From Marsupella aquatica (Eukaryota > Plantae > Marchantiophyta), in the NCBI GenBank assembly GCA_973895155.1, contig OZ316897.1:12709375-12773374 (forward strand): DNA of 64,000 bases, read 5' to 3'. The position numbers and the translations under genes are program-made. The stretch's first letter is position 1. Every line of letters begins with the position of its first letter. The notes below the pieces were generated by a model. The model was not told where the DNA came from. It saw only the letters and a list, made by a program, of their open reading frames with translations, and did not search any database. This document shows positions 36,501 to 49,900 of the stretch, piece by piece.

Positions 36501-39500
36501 TGTGGTTAGTTCCAGGATCTCCAGAGACTTGAGTTTCCCCGTTAATCCCATGATTGGGCGTATCAACAACTTTAACTTGCTCTTCCGTGCTCCTGTCACT
36601 GTCGTCGAGCTGGGGACCCAAACATGCCTGCAGGGCAGCCTTTTCCTGTTTGATTGCTTCGATAGAGTCGACCATAGTTTTGAGTGCCGCCCCTTTGACA
36701 GCAATATCCTTGCGTAACAAAACTTTCTCATCCTCCAAGGACTTAGCAGCGATCACCAGTTGGTTGTGATCATTCTCCAGTGCTTGATGGACTTTTCTTG
36801 CTGCTTCCATCTGTTGCGTTTGGTCCGAGAGCTGGGCCTCGAGCTTGAGCAGGTCGTCTAGCTTAAGTTCGAGATTGGACTTCACGTCCTCCAAATGTGC
36901 AAAATTGACCTGCAGCGCCTCCTCCTTTGCATGTAGTAAGTCCCTCAGTTCAGTCTCCTTACACTTAGCACTTTGATGTTCCTGCTGGAGATCAGCCATG
37001 CTTGTCTGGAATGTATTCTTCTCCTGCTCTAGTCTTTGAATGATCCCCTGCATTGCTGTAGAGGCCACCTCCAGGTCAGCTATTTTGACTGAGAGGAGAC
37101 CCTTATCATCTTCCAGAGACTTCACTTTTGTTAAAAGCTGGCTATAATCTTCACGAGCAATTTTGCTAGTAGTCTCAGAAAGAATGACCTTGTTAAGCTG
37201 TTCAGCAGCACGTTGTTCCAAAATTTCTACCTCATTAGTCTTTTTCAACAGATCCGACTTCAAGTCATCTACCACGGCAAGATCAGCTTGTAACTTGTCA
37301 ATTGCCTCTTTGAGCTTTTGAACTTGACTTTCAGCAGTCGCACTTCTCAAAAGCTCGTCGGAGAGGCAAGCATCCAAAGTTGAGTTTTGGTGGGTTACAG
37401 CTTCGAGCTCATGAGCCTTCCTTGCTAGTTCGGCCTGTGTGGTTTGCTTCTCGACAAGAAGAGCTTCATGCTCTCCTTTCAGTGTCTCGAATCTTACATT
37501 CATCTCAAGCACGTTCTTTTCTGCATCTGATAGTGCAAACTGGAGTGACTCCTTTTCAGCACTAAGAGTCTGAAGGTTCATTTTTGCCTCCTCAAGGATG
37601 GAATTTGTCTCCAGCAATCCCCTGTCAGCCTCGTCGTTGTCACACTTTCCAGCGTCCAGTGAAACAGACATCTCCTCCAACTCAGCTAGCTTGGACTCCA
37701 GGGTTTCCTTGTCTTGCTGAAGCGAGGCAAGTTGGGCGAGAGAAGATTCCAATTTGGAAGACGTGTCCTGGAGATTGAGCTGAAGTTCTGACACATCAGC
37801 ATTCATACGTTCCACTTGTTGCCGTAGTTCGTTTGCCTGATCTTCTGCCGCTTTTCTCAAGTTCTCCTTCTCATTAAGGAGATTGATCTGTTGACTAGCA
37901 AGCCTCTCCATTTCCTCCAGCTGGATGAGCTTGCTCTGCAGTATAGAACTGATCTGCTGCACCTCATTATCCATTTCACTTCGTAACTTCTCCATGTTTT
38001 CAGCACTAAGTCGTCTCTCGACCTCCAAAGCTCGCTCTTTCTCGTCATTCTGCTCCAACATAGTTTTCAGAAGCTCTTCCTTGTGGAGTACAGCTGCGTC
38101 TCTTGATTGCTCTACGTCGCTCTTGATAAAGGACATGGCTGAAAGCTTTTCATCAAGTGACTTAGCATTTTGATCAGCCTCTTCCAATTTGCTCAGCAGG
38201 TCACCATGGGCGCCATCTTTCTCCTTCAGGGAACTAGAAAGTTGTTCGCAAGCTGTCATCTGCAATCGCAGAAACATACTTCAATCGTCATAACTTTCGA
38301 TAGACATTAAGCTAGCTTGATGAGTCACCTAGTCCAGACTTGACCCGTACTGGATGGAAGAACTTAATTGGCCTGCCACTTGACACGCAAATCTCGTATA
38401 GTCGAGTGAAATAGCAAGGTCCTTGACATTTTGCTGAGCTCTCGAGCAAACAAGCGAATTGTCATCGTGAAAATGCTCATCCTTTATATCACAAGAGAAA
38501 AGACAAAACTAGCATCTCCCTGCTGAAGAACCTTAGAGCTTGGAAGGCACACTTTCGCACTCGCTTCAATTGTCCAACAAACATACAGATGAGAGATAAA
38601 TTCAATTAAATGCTTACGGAGAGTTTGTATTTGAAATCTTACCATCTCCTCAAGAGACTGAGTAGCCTTCGCTCTCTCCTCCTCTGCTTGGCTCAACTGA
38701 GTATCAATTTGAGCTTTCACAGCGTTGGCTTCATCCAATTTGGATTGCAAGCTACCAGCAGTACATCTTGACTGCAAGAGAAGAAAAATTCAATTTATAC
38801 ATTCAAAAGGGACCGAATATAATTAGCGTATGACCATAAGATCAAATAGTATTACTCAAAGCATATCGTGGATGGTGAGAAAGGTACGTTTTCAAGCTCA
38901 TCAGTGGTCTTTTGTAACTCCAAGAAGATGTCCTCCTGCAAACACAGACGTACGTACGGGTGTGAGACCACTGCAAATCAACCGACAAGACAAGGCGGCA
39001 AGTAAGACAGTAACCTTTACATGGGAAGAGTACGACTTAGACGGCGAAGAAGTACTTCAGTCTATCCATAGACAGTAGATCAATATGCCTCTGAAAGTAG
39101 AGAAAGTTGAGCCCCTGCCCGAAAGGTACGCTAAGTATTGTCCAACAAAGCCAACTTGCCTGCAGCTTTGTCTGCTGATCAAATGCGAGCTTCATCTTCT
39201 CAGCTTGAGATCTTAGAGCAGTCAACTCCTGCGCATATTCAGTCGCCTGTGCTTCTGCAAGGTTCTCTTGTCTCATCGCCTGAGATTTCAAGTGAAACGT
39301 ACAGAGTTGTGAAAGTCTTATCAAATAGAAGAGCAACTCAGTCGATTGCGTTACCTAAGGCAATTCCTCTGACAGCAACTTAGTACAACGCCAAATCTAG
39401 ATAGGGTTAGATGAAGAGAAAATAATCCCGCGTCCCTCCATGTTATCGACTTTGCTTAAGAAAGCAAAACGGCACAGGTCCTTCTACTCAGTCGCCAGGA

Positions 39501-42500
39501 GACAGTCTGGAGGCCAAACTGTGACCAACTTAAAGAAACCTCGAGGCAAAAAACAATTGACACAACAATCACAATTTGGGGGATGTTTGTAAGAGTTGCA
39601 ATTTACATTATCCCGTTCCCTGGTGCTCTCGTGAAGTTTCTCTTCAGCTTTCTCCAGCTTCTGATTGGCTGCTGCGGCTTCCATCCTATATTTCTCCACT
39701 GTTTCTCGTAGGATGGCATTCTGAAAGCACAGTTATTCGGTATTTTAGAGTTCTCCACAATTATCTCCTTTCTCGAGCTTCAGAGAGATCCGGTTATAGC
39801 ACACGAAATACCCAACTTGAGGGGTCGCAGGTCATGGATGCAAACCTCCTCTCTAAAAAAACTAGTCAGCTGATTCATACCAGCGGGTCTGTTAGACATT
39901 ACCTCTTCCAACTCCTTAAACATTTTCGCCTTCTCCTCCACCATCTCTTGAAATTCAATCTTAAGTGTTTGATTTAGATTCTCTAGTTGAGCTATTTGTG
40001 CCAGTAACTCTTCATCTTTCCGCTCCTCCTCATATTCGTCAAGTTGACCTACAGGTACACGCAACCAAAAGTCAATGTAAAATGATGAGTTCGAATTGAG
40101 TGCTGGGTACGGGTACAATAATGCGGGAGAACAAACACAGACGATTCTATCATAAAGTATGCAATCATTGATGCGCAGAAAATACTCACCCCTGCAAAGA
40201 TCAAGCTCCATCTTGAACCTGACCACATCTGGGTGATGCTCAATTTGCTTACGAAGCTGCTCAATTTCTTCACGCAAGTCGAGCACAATCTCATCGGGCT
40301 GTAAACTTGGTCGCCCACTTTCAATCCTCTTAATGGCGTTTTCCCTGAGCCTGATAATCATTTTTTGAGACTGCCAACGAATGCCTATCGTCAAAGGGCG
40401 TTTACAGGGGAGTGTATACTGTTCGAGAGATGCGTGATCATGTTTAAGGAGTGAGAGCAGGACCTATCACTCTAATGCGTTGGAAGGCGTTGAGCGAAAC
40501 AAGGAGTCACAACTGCTTCCTCTTATCAGTCCAATAGGGACCCACAAGGAAGCAACCACAGCAATTTGAAAAGGGCGAATATTAAACAAGAGGCCAATGT
40601 CAGGAGAGTTATTCTACAAAAAGTTACCTGCAAGGTCTTCTCCAGACGCTCGCACATTGCGTGTTTTGCTTGAAGTTTTAATTCAAGAACGTGCATTTCC
40701 ATTTCGTTTCTCCGTTCAGCTTCTAGGGACCTCTTTACCGATTGTGATATGATGTGTTCCAACCGGCTTGTCCGAGCACTCTCTGAATGCGGACGGGACA
40801 CTCGTTTCAGTAAGGAGCCAGCCATGTTGCATGAATAAGCACATCGAGTCAAACAAATCTGATCCCCGGCTTCTACTAAACGTACCAGGTTGTGGCTCAT
40901 GGCCCGACATAGCATTTTGATCTCCACCAAGGCCACTTCCCACGTTGGCTGCCAATCAAACCACACATTCAGAAAATGAATAGCACAGCAATTCAAGCCT
41001 CCTTCTCAATGTTATTCTTGTTTAAGCCCATGGCAACGAAAATCAATCCATTCCAATCTGTGTCATCAAATTCTGAGGGCAAAAGACCTGAGATGATAAC
41101 TGGCTTAATTGAAATAAAATGAAACAGTACCTCTCAGAGCTGCGATTTCCAACCGTAGACGTCTGATTTCCTCTCCCATGACAGCAGGATTACCAAACAT
41201 ATCCTCGTTGACAATAGCAGTGTTGTGAATCAGCTTTGCACGTTGGGCAAACTTCAGAGTTGAGAGAGTCTCGTCGATGTTCTTCTCCGCAGGGCTCACG
41301 TTTGCGATAAGGGTGCACTTCGAATTACCACCAAGGGCATCCTGTAATGCGCAAGCATACAATTCATTGACGGATGCCATAATTGCAATATACCAAAACT
41401 TTCTTTCAAATCCAACAAGGAACACTGTAAAGGAATATTTGGGTAGAAACCTCGAAAACAATTGCCTGATTTTAGACAGGAGAGAAGTCAGTATAATACC
41501 TTAAGTAAGAAAGTGAGCTTAGAGTCCCTATAGGGAACATGTCGTATTTTTCCTTCTGATATGTCGACCAAAGCCTGCCATTTCTCGAATGTTAGAAACA
41601 AACCGACAGCATTGACGATACAGCCACACCACAGGAGACCTCAATGTCTGCTAGATTGTACTGGACAATACATCCGAATGGAAAGCAAGCACTGCTTCGT
41701 ACTGTAGAAGAGCCGAGAGCTTATCACCTATTCAAGAGCATGATCATTGCTACGGACCTTAATAACATTCCCAAGAGCTGACAATGACTTGTTGATGCTG
41801 CCGGCTTCCTTGAGACGTATACCCGCAGATTCACTATGCTTTTGCCTCTCTGAACCAGCCAGATCCACGAGATAGAACCTTGATGTCCTTCGGTTCATCA
41901 CTCCCCCATCGTTCCGGCGCTGGCATAAAACAAACAAATATTTCACAATTCTAAGAGGATCCGTATAACTTCATGTAACTAAATGCGATTCTGCTGTGCA
42001 TAGAATTACATTCAAATCCGAAGTTGGCCTAATAGAATGGGAGCACGACATAGTAGGACACTCCAACACAGGAGACTCCACGAAGGATATCTCGCCCGTG
42101 TGAGAAAGAGGTGCAACACACCTGAGATTCAACAACCACAGTGAAGACGCTGTGAGACCGACTGCTCTCCAAATTCATAGCCGTCATGCCCACATGGCGA
42201 TTTTCGGAACCTCGTCGGAACACTCCATATGTTGCCTCAGCCGTCGACACAACGACTTCTTGCAGTCCTTCGACATACATGCCATGTTTCGCATCCTCAT
42301 GAATAGCTGAAGAAGGAAACGTCAAGGAAGACCAAACTTACAAGGCTTCGGAACCCAATGCAGAATAAATATTTATTTGCGCAGATATTTCGAAGCATAA
42401 AGCCACATATTGTAAGAAGGATACTGAGATTGTAAGATCCTGGATCAAGAAGATCCGAGACTTGCTCGTTGTATATCTGTATCATTTCGAACAAGCTTCA

Positions 42501-44374
42501 CCATTAATGGAGGAACGACGTCAAGCATAGAGCAAACCATTCAATTCGAACATCTGGTTAATGATATGAGTGGCACATCAATGAAACCAAGAACTGCGAT
42601 CAGTCAACCTTTCCTGCGTTTCGATCCCTTCATACCTGAAGATAGGAACACTTCACGACAAACTCCACATCCTTGCAGTTCTGTTACAGGCAGAAAATTG
42701 TTAGTTGTTCTCACGTCCAACACCTTAAATGACTACTACTCAGCTCACGTCCGTAAACTTTAGGTTGGGCTTCAAGGAAAACGAAATGCTGGACATTTTT
42801 CAAGCAACGCAGACCTGTGTCTTTTCGGTAGCCATTCTCTGAAAAATGTAGTCCAGAATTCGAGGAATCAATCCACGTTTTTCCTGACGCTTCAGGCTTG
42901 CTTTCGCTTGAAATCCTGGAGAACCCCCCCCTGAAGACTCTGGGTCAGGACCTGCATATCAGGCGCACACTTTACCAGTTAGACAGAGCAACTTGCAAAT
43001 GACACTCCGCGACACGATATCGGGGGCGTTCGTCAGTCTCGACGAAAGCAGCGCACGTCGCCAGCCGTGGACCTCTCGAGAATTCTGCTAAAACTCAAGA
43101 ATAGGACGGTGACGAGCGAGAACCAGTTTCCCGACCAATGTGAAACATTTCAGTAACCAAATAATTTTAGTGCTACACACTAACCTTCCATGGTGAAGGT
43201 TTTCCCGGCTCCAGTTTGCCCTGAAAAATAATTGAAGCTGTTAGTCTCAATGACTTAGAAAGCAATCGATGACGGTTTTCAAAAATCTCCAACCCGACGG
43301 TAATCCAATCACCTTAGGAGACATGTTTGCTTTGGTACTGAGGCTTCGGCCATGGAGAGGTCTCAAAGAACGTTCAAGGCCTCCAAGTGGAATAGACGTC
43401 GATTACGTACCGTACGCAATAAGGCAGCAATGATATCCTTGGAGGCATGCATCTGTGATGGGCCTCCCTACAGCCGTAAAAATATCCTCCTGCAGATGCG
43501 AATTCAAGGTCGTAAGCTTAAATTTCAACTTTCAGCAGAAGGGATCAGTGTCAACAATTCTGGTCTCATCGGTTAGACATTGTTCTCCGGCTGAACACAA
43601 ATTTACGATCAGACATAATACGTAAAGACGCCTTTCCGAAAACAGAGCTACTCCAAGAATGCCGAAATGTAACGAAGAAGTAAGGAGCTTGTAAAGTTAG
43701 AGCTGCAAGGCCCCTTCGTAATCGACGTCGACAGGAAACAGAATTGGCTGTCCAAAGGAATGTAAACTATGCGAAGTCGAAAACGAGGTCAGAGACAGAT
43801 CCTTCTGTCGCCTCGCGACCGCGACGATTTCACTTCTTGGACCGCTGAGAGATCGATGCATTCATGGAAGATCGATACAATTCTTTCTTGTAGTTCAAAC
43901 TTCGCGAAGAATTGTAGACAGGTGATGCTTATCGAAGCTAGGCGGTAGTCCGTAATTTTTCGGAAGTGCTACATAATCGACATAAGAATGCGCAACGAAG
44001 TAGTACGCACTCTTGATACGACATAGCTAAAATGCTTGACATGCATATCACATGAGAACGTATTTTAGTGAAAGGACAGGACGCAAGAACTATACCTGAC
44101 CAACGGCTTCGTCGGCTACATAATCGAATGTGAATGTTCTGGGTTGAGGTCGAAAGTTCAAGCTCACTGAGTGGGCTCCTGAGTCCACTCCGACACATTT
44201 CATGTAACCTTGATCCCTCTCTCTGGAATTTGGTGGCCGAACTCTTACGACCACCTGAACATTTCCATTGGTGCCCGAAGCAACAGTGTTGTCCGAAGAC
44301 ACACTTTCTACGTCAGCTCTTGAAAGTTCTTGATCCAGATCCATAAGCCCCATTCCTCCCATCAATCTGTCCAT
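33544..44374 (-). CDS. Kinesin-12 (KIF15/POK/PAKRP-like) with N-terminal motor and very long coiled-coil stalk; >20 exons
   Basis: [10 protein letters not shown]-loop [77 protein letters not shown] and the kinesin-12-type [15 protein letters not shown] segment. Coiled-coil exons at 38259-36418 and 36047-34484. The last exon (33658-33544) is inferred. Confidence 0.9.
38936..39159 (-). other. GC-AG intron in the kinesin-12 gene
   Basis: Donor CAG|GCAAGT (consensus GC donor) after ..QTKLQ, joining in phase 0 to tttgcag|GAGGAC (EDIFLELQK). Confidence 0.7.
42307..42424 (-). other. U12-type GT-AG intron in the kinesin motor domain
   Basis: 5' splice site GTATCCTTC and branch point TTCCTTGAC (42329-42321) ~15 nt before the AG; splicing gives [22 protein letters not shown]. 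Confidence 0.92.
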
Positions 44375-45835
44375 TACTCCTGTTCCTCCTGTTCAAATCC
44401 AACCATAGACTACTGCAAATTACGCCGGCTGATTATATTCATCAAAGAATGGCCTTTCCGAGCGCACCAGCCGCGTGCATTGTTGGTCGATACGATCGCA
44501 AGCTAGTCGCAACGAATAGGAAGTTTCATACGAGACAATGCACTGCCCAACCGCAACCTTCTTCACGACGATCTTCAACGAGCACTCAAAATCAGGAGGC
44601 AAAGCTACGACGTAACGCTGAAACTAATGAATGCTCGGATCCCGCAAGCTGCAAGGGCAGTGAAGGCCAGTGAGCCACGATTCTCCCATGATTCACAATG
44701 CCGGGGTCGCATTCGCGCACCAACGATCCTCGTTGCATGCCAATCCGTCGCAGAGTTGAGACGCACAAGGAACTTTATCAGCAACCAGCATTACCAATGT
44801 GACCACAGACCAGCAGCGCAGAGACCCATGACGCCCATAACTCGGCGCCGAAACGTGCAAAAAGAAGCAAATGCGGCACCGATCCCAATGCCCAAGACTT
44901 GAAAAAGCCGACCGCACTATACACCTCGCCAGATCGTAACCGGCTTCACCACACAATGCTGACAGACGGGTAGAGATCTTAACATCGAAGATGCTCTAAA
45001 ATGGTGAGAGCAGTTCGCCGAAACCGTCGACTGGGTCCAAATCGCAAGAGCTGGCCCGAGTCAACCGCGGTGGGGCGCAGCCTGCACAATAAAAACACTA
45101 CGAGAACGAGCGCGAGCTATGTGCTACCCGGATCGGGCCACTCCCGCCTGAGCACCATGCTTTCCACGATCTCCGAGCACCGCACAAGAAGATCCATCCC
45201 ACCCTTCGACGGATCCGACACCAGAACTGAAAACAAGGGCCTCCTGCAATCGCGCCTCCGCCACCACTCCCCGATTCCGCAGCGCCACCGCAGGATTTTT
45301 CAAAACTCTCGACCCGAGTTTCACCACCATCCAAGAACAGAGTTTCAAAACGAGGGCCCCGCTCGCTGAATCCCACCCATTACCATTCCACAACCCTATT
45401 GTCGCTCCCACCGCTGCTGCTGCTGCGGGCGATGCAGCTTATGGATCGCACAAGCAGTCAGTGGAGGGCGAAGATGCGCGCATACATTACGCATACCACG
45501 ACTCAGGAAGCTTTCCATTCCGTCGTCTCATCGCTCTTCGTGTGCGCCTCTCGTCATTCGCTCGGGGGCATTCCGAACTCCTCCGCAGCCATCTATTGAA
45601 TGTGAACTCGTATGTTTGGCATCAATCAAGACCGCACCCGTCTGTGAGTCTGTCTGTCGCTCTGTCTCTCTGTCTCTGCGTACTCCCTCCGCATCTACTC
45701 TACTACTCTACTACTCTACTCACTACAGTGGCGACGGAACTGGACAGGGCCGAGACTCGAGACTTAGCGGATTTCTGTACCGTTGCTCCTCCCCTCGTAT
45801 TCGTTTTCGCATTGCTCCGCTTGAATTTACTCAAA

Positions 45836-46038
45836 CCTCACTGCTCCGATTGAACTCATCCACCGGGCCTCACTGATCCGATTGAAATGAATCCACCGGG
45901 CCTCATTGCTCCGATTGAACTGATCCGCCGGGCCTCACTGGTGCGATTGAAATGAATCCACCGGCACGAGTGATCCGATTGAAACGAATCCACCGGCACG
46001 AGTGATCCGACGGAAATGAATCCACCGGCACGAGTGAG
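45836..46038. repeat. Minisatellite, ~6 copies of a 32-33 bp unit (TGATCCGATTGAAATGAATCCACCGG..)
   Basis: Direct reading; lies in the CpG-rich region upstream of the kinesin gene. Confidence 0.9.
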
Positions 46039-46549
46039 GCTGCCGTGGATCCATAAACAGAGAGAGCGACGCGGAGAGGAAGGGAGAGAGTGTCGAGGGC
46101 AGGCCGTCGTTCGCCCCGCCCGGCCGGTTATTTTGGGGCCCGGCCCCGTGAATTCAGTCAGGAAGGAAATTTACTCGCACGTAAATCCCGTCGATAAGCC
46201 ATTGATCCATTATTAAAGATAAATATCTTGTAGAAGATCTCAAACCCATTTTTGAGGCCCTCGTTATTCCCGTAATCGGAAGTAACCTTTTTTTTCATAG
46301 AAATTACAAATTATAATACTTGTGTAACAAGATGTTGAAGTGGAAAAAATGTACATATGAGGAAAAGATGTTTGGGCAATTAGGTTCTAGTCTCAACCTT
46401 GCTCCAAGAAAGCCTAGGAACAGGAAAACCAAAAACATTTGAGTGTCCTTGACTAGATTATTTTCACTTTCTGGTCATAAGGGTACAAACTAGAAATCAC
46501 AAATCAGACCTACATTATCCTACATATTGTGAGGGGATCAGACTACTGA

Positions 46550-46940
46550 TTTTGTGTGTGGCAACACTGCAAATCTGACCGCCCCACTATCTATGAATTG
46601 TGTAAACTGGCCCAAAAAAACCCAAACTCCATTGTAAATGGGCAAAGCCGGCTATTTTAGGGAAAACCTAAACCCTCCCATGCCCATCCTTCACAGTCTA
46701 CAGCCCGGCTCGATTATTATTATTCTGTGGGGATGAGGCGACTGTTTTTGTGGGGGGGGGCACTGCAAATCTGACAGCCCTGCTATCTGTTAATTGTGGA
46801 GACCGGCCCAAAAATCCAAACTCCATTGTAAATGGGAGAAGCCCGCTATTTTGTTAACTGTGTAGACTAGCCTGGATACCCAAGCTCCATTGTAAATGTG
46901 AGAATTCCGTTATTTTGTTAATTGTGAAAACTAGCCCAAG
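46550..46940. repeat. Degenerate repeats (CACTGCAAATCTGAC..., AAACTCCATTGTAAATG x3)
   Basis: Recurrent blocks at ~46565/46761 and ~46625/46818/46883. Confidence 0.7.
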
Positions 46941-49900
46941 TACCTAAATCTACTCATGTTTGTCTACATATAAGCACAATTCACACATCAAAAAATTAAT
47001 TTTCTGTTGTTGGATAAATTATGACCTATGGTTTCACTCTAAACAGTAGATCATGCATGGTAAATTTTGATTAAAAAATTATAAAGTAGAAAGAGAAGAT
47101 GATATTTATTATGGTGCATATGGACAGGAATGCTCTTAAGTTTGCACCAAAACTCCCCATGCCCAGCCTTCCTCACAAGCATAGTCTAAAGTGTCACAAT
47201 TTTTTGTTACTAGAGAAAGCAAGAATATAGCTTCACTCTATGGTTCAGGACAAATAGTTCATGGACCCCCTGGCTAATAAAATCAGGGGGAAGAGTCGAT
47301 CTGAGCCGTCTCCATTTCTTATCTCCGGAACTCTCGTCCGTCCATGATAATGGCCAATCTATGGCTCGAAAGAAAGATCTCAAATAGATCTATGGATGGG
47401 TTCTGTCCATTTTGCAAATGGGTTAATATTTTTCAAATGAAAATTTAAACAAATCCAAGCCTTCCTAGCCGTCGATTTTGTTGATTTTACGATCTTTGCC
47501 GTCCATTTTGCAATGCCTCTAGAAATCTTATTCATGCATGTTAGAAGGCGATCTAGGGTGCAAAAGAAAGATCTCAATGAGATCTACGACTGGGTATTTT
47601 TTGTTTTGAGAATGAGTAAATAGTTTTGAGTATAAAATTCGATGAACTTTCAAGATTCCAGCCATTCCTCCTCCCCGATCCTGGGTTTCTATGTGCTCTT
47701 CCCAGCATTAATGGTCGTACAATACGAGAGGTCCTAACATACCGGGAGTTTGCGGTTTAACAAGGAAGTTATCAAGTTAGTTATTAGTCATTATTTATTA
47801 TATGAAAAATACTTTTTATAAATCTTTGAATTTAAATTTTAAAATTGGAAATGTAACTAAAACGGTTACATAGTGACAGTTTTAACCATCTTGCTCTTTG
47901 CATTTCCAATGTTTTTACTTTTCTTTTTACAGCATGGCGTCCCAAAATTTACACCCCAATTGACACAAACACGAATGAAAACTATAAGTTTGATTCACAA
48001 AAACCGACGAGTCTTGTTTGTTGCGGTTGTTGTTGATGTGGCACGCTGTGGTGCCAGGAATTTTGGAAGGGACCTCTAGTGGGGTACGTAACAAATCAGA
48101 GTTCAATTGGAAGTTAAAGTAGAGATATTTTTGAAGAGCTTATGGTCTATGGCTGCACACTGTGAACTAGATCATGAATGAAGAGTTTGATCATAAATTA
48201 TAGTGCAGACTAGCCCTCTGCCCATGCATTTGCATAATATTGTTGATAGTAAATAATGTTGAGTGGAAGCATTGTCAAGCATAAGTGAGGTGACCAGGCA
48301 ATTGGATGCTGCAACGAGTGAGCAAGTCTAGTTTATGGACACCTGGCTAGGTCAGCTTTGGGGAGGGGAAATGGAGGTTTGAACTGAGGGCAAGGTTTGC
48401 CACCTGATTTGCATCCATGTCATACCCTCCACCATTGGATGACCTGCTGTTATTTGGGGTGGTTAAGTACACCAGAGGCCAAAAAAAGGTGGCGTAATTT
48501 TATTAAACAAAAAACAATGGCAAGTTGTGAATTCTGAAGAAAAAAAGGTGGCAATCTAGCCAGTTTAAAACATTACTTTGAATTCAAACAGTATTTTTCC
48601 CTTTGTATAATAAATGTTCACATGTTTAGGCCTCAAAAGTTGCTAGGTTCATTTGAGTAGCTGCATGGCTACACGTGGTGATCCATCTGAGTATCATTTT
48701 ATCCGATGAGCACACTTCGTTTTCCCAAGATGCTCAGATCCATTGCCACATTTGATCTCAGGACTCGCATGTACCAAGCACTTTTGTGTCTATGATGAAC
48801 CAAGCACCCTTTTGACCCGAAAGAAAGAGCATTATGCAAAGGTTGGTAAACCAGGCACATTTCGACTTTTCAACAATAAGAAATAGCATTTATTGCAAAG
48901 AAAAGGTACCACAATAAGCAAAATAACTGTTTCAAAATGGAATTATCTCTATCCTGGTTAAGCAGTCCATCTGAGCATCTTGTCAAACATTTTGACATGT
49001 GGGAGTTTCACTTTTTTGTTTCTCTTTGGTCAAATAATATTAGCTTTATAAAAAGCAAAGATAGGTGAAAAACTTGCCTTTGACAACTTTGATGCAAACA
49101 TGTTGCTGGCTCCTTTGATTGGTTTTGAATGAAACAATTTTACCTTTAAGTTAGTTCAAATACTCAGGTGACACAATATCAAATTCAATTGTAAGAGCCT
49201 TCAACACATTCTATCATGGAACATTATTTAATGAAGAATTCAGCTCAACAGAATCTGGTGGACATCTATGGAGATGGGTTCTAAGGGCAGCTTCAACAGT
49301 GCTGCATATAAGTTTTTTAGGAAGCAGATAGGGAAGGGCCCAAAATGGAGCCCTGCCAGCCTTCCCCAAACCTAAGCCAAGATTTAGGTGATCCCAAAAG
49401 TCAAAACCCTTCCATGGAGAAGTCAGCTACAGTAGATTTATAAAACTCGCTATCCACGCATACCCCAGTTCCCTTCAATTGCCTCCGTTTGAGCACATCA
49501 TCCATTCTCAGGGCACCCAATGTGCATAGACTGGGCTTTTTACAACCAGAACTCGCCCCACCTTTTTTTGTGCACCTTGAGTGAACGGTTGAGAATCAAG
49601 CAATTTGCCACTTGAGCCACTCACGAGTTGCTGAATTGCTCGTAAATGTAACTGATGTAACCTGCTGTCAAGCAATTGGACCAATGATGTGCTCGAAATA
49701 TAACAACTCTCTGGACTGCAATACTCTGTGACAGTATACAGTTTTCTACTAATTTTAAAGACTTTCTCTGCTCCAGTGCACCGTCTAAATCAGACTGTCA
49801 GCCAGACTGCAAAATCGCCAGAGATGGAACACAATTGTGGTCCAGCAGACTGCAAGATTGTGGCCAAGGAAGCATTCTTTTCGTTTTCACCAGAATGTTT

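Noticed and set aside
44420-45876. Cluster of GC-rich short ORFs upstream of the kinesin
   Set aside because: Explained by the CpG-rich promoter/5' UTR and leader intron (acceptor near 44413); low-complexity translations.
45836-46038. 32-33 bp repeats resembling a CRISPR array
   Set aside because: Units are directly adjacent without unique spacers, there are no cas genes, and the context is eukaryotic; it is a minisatellite.
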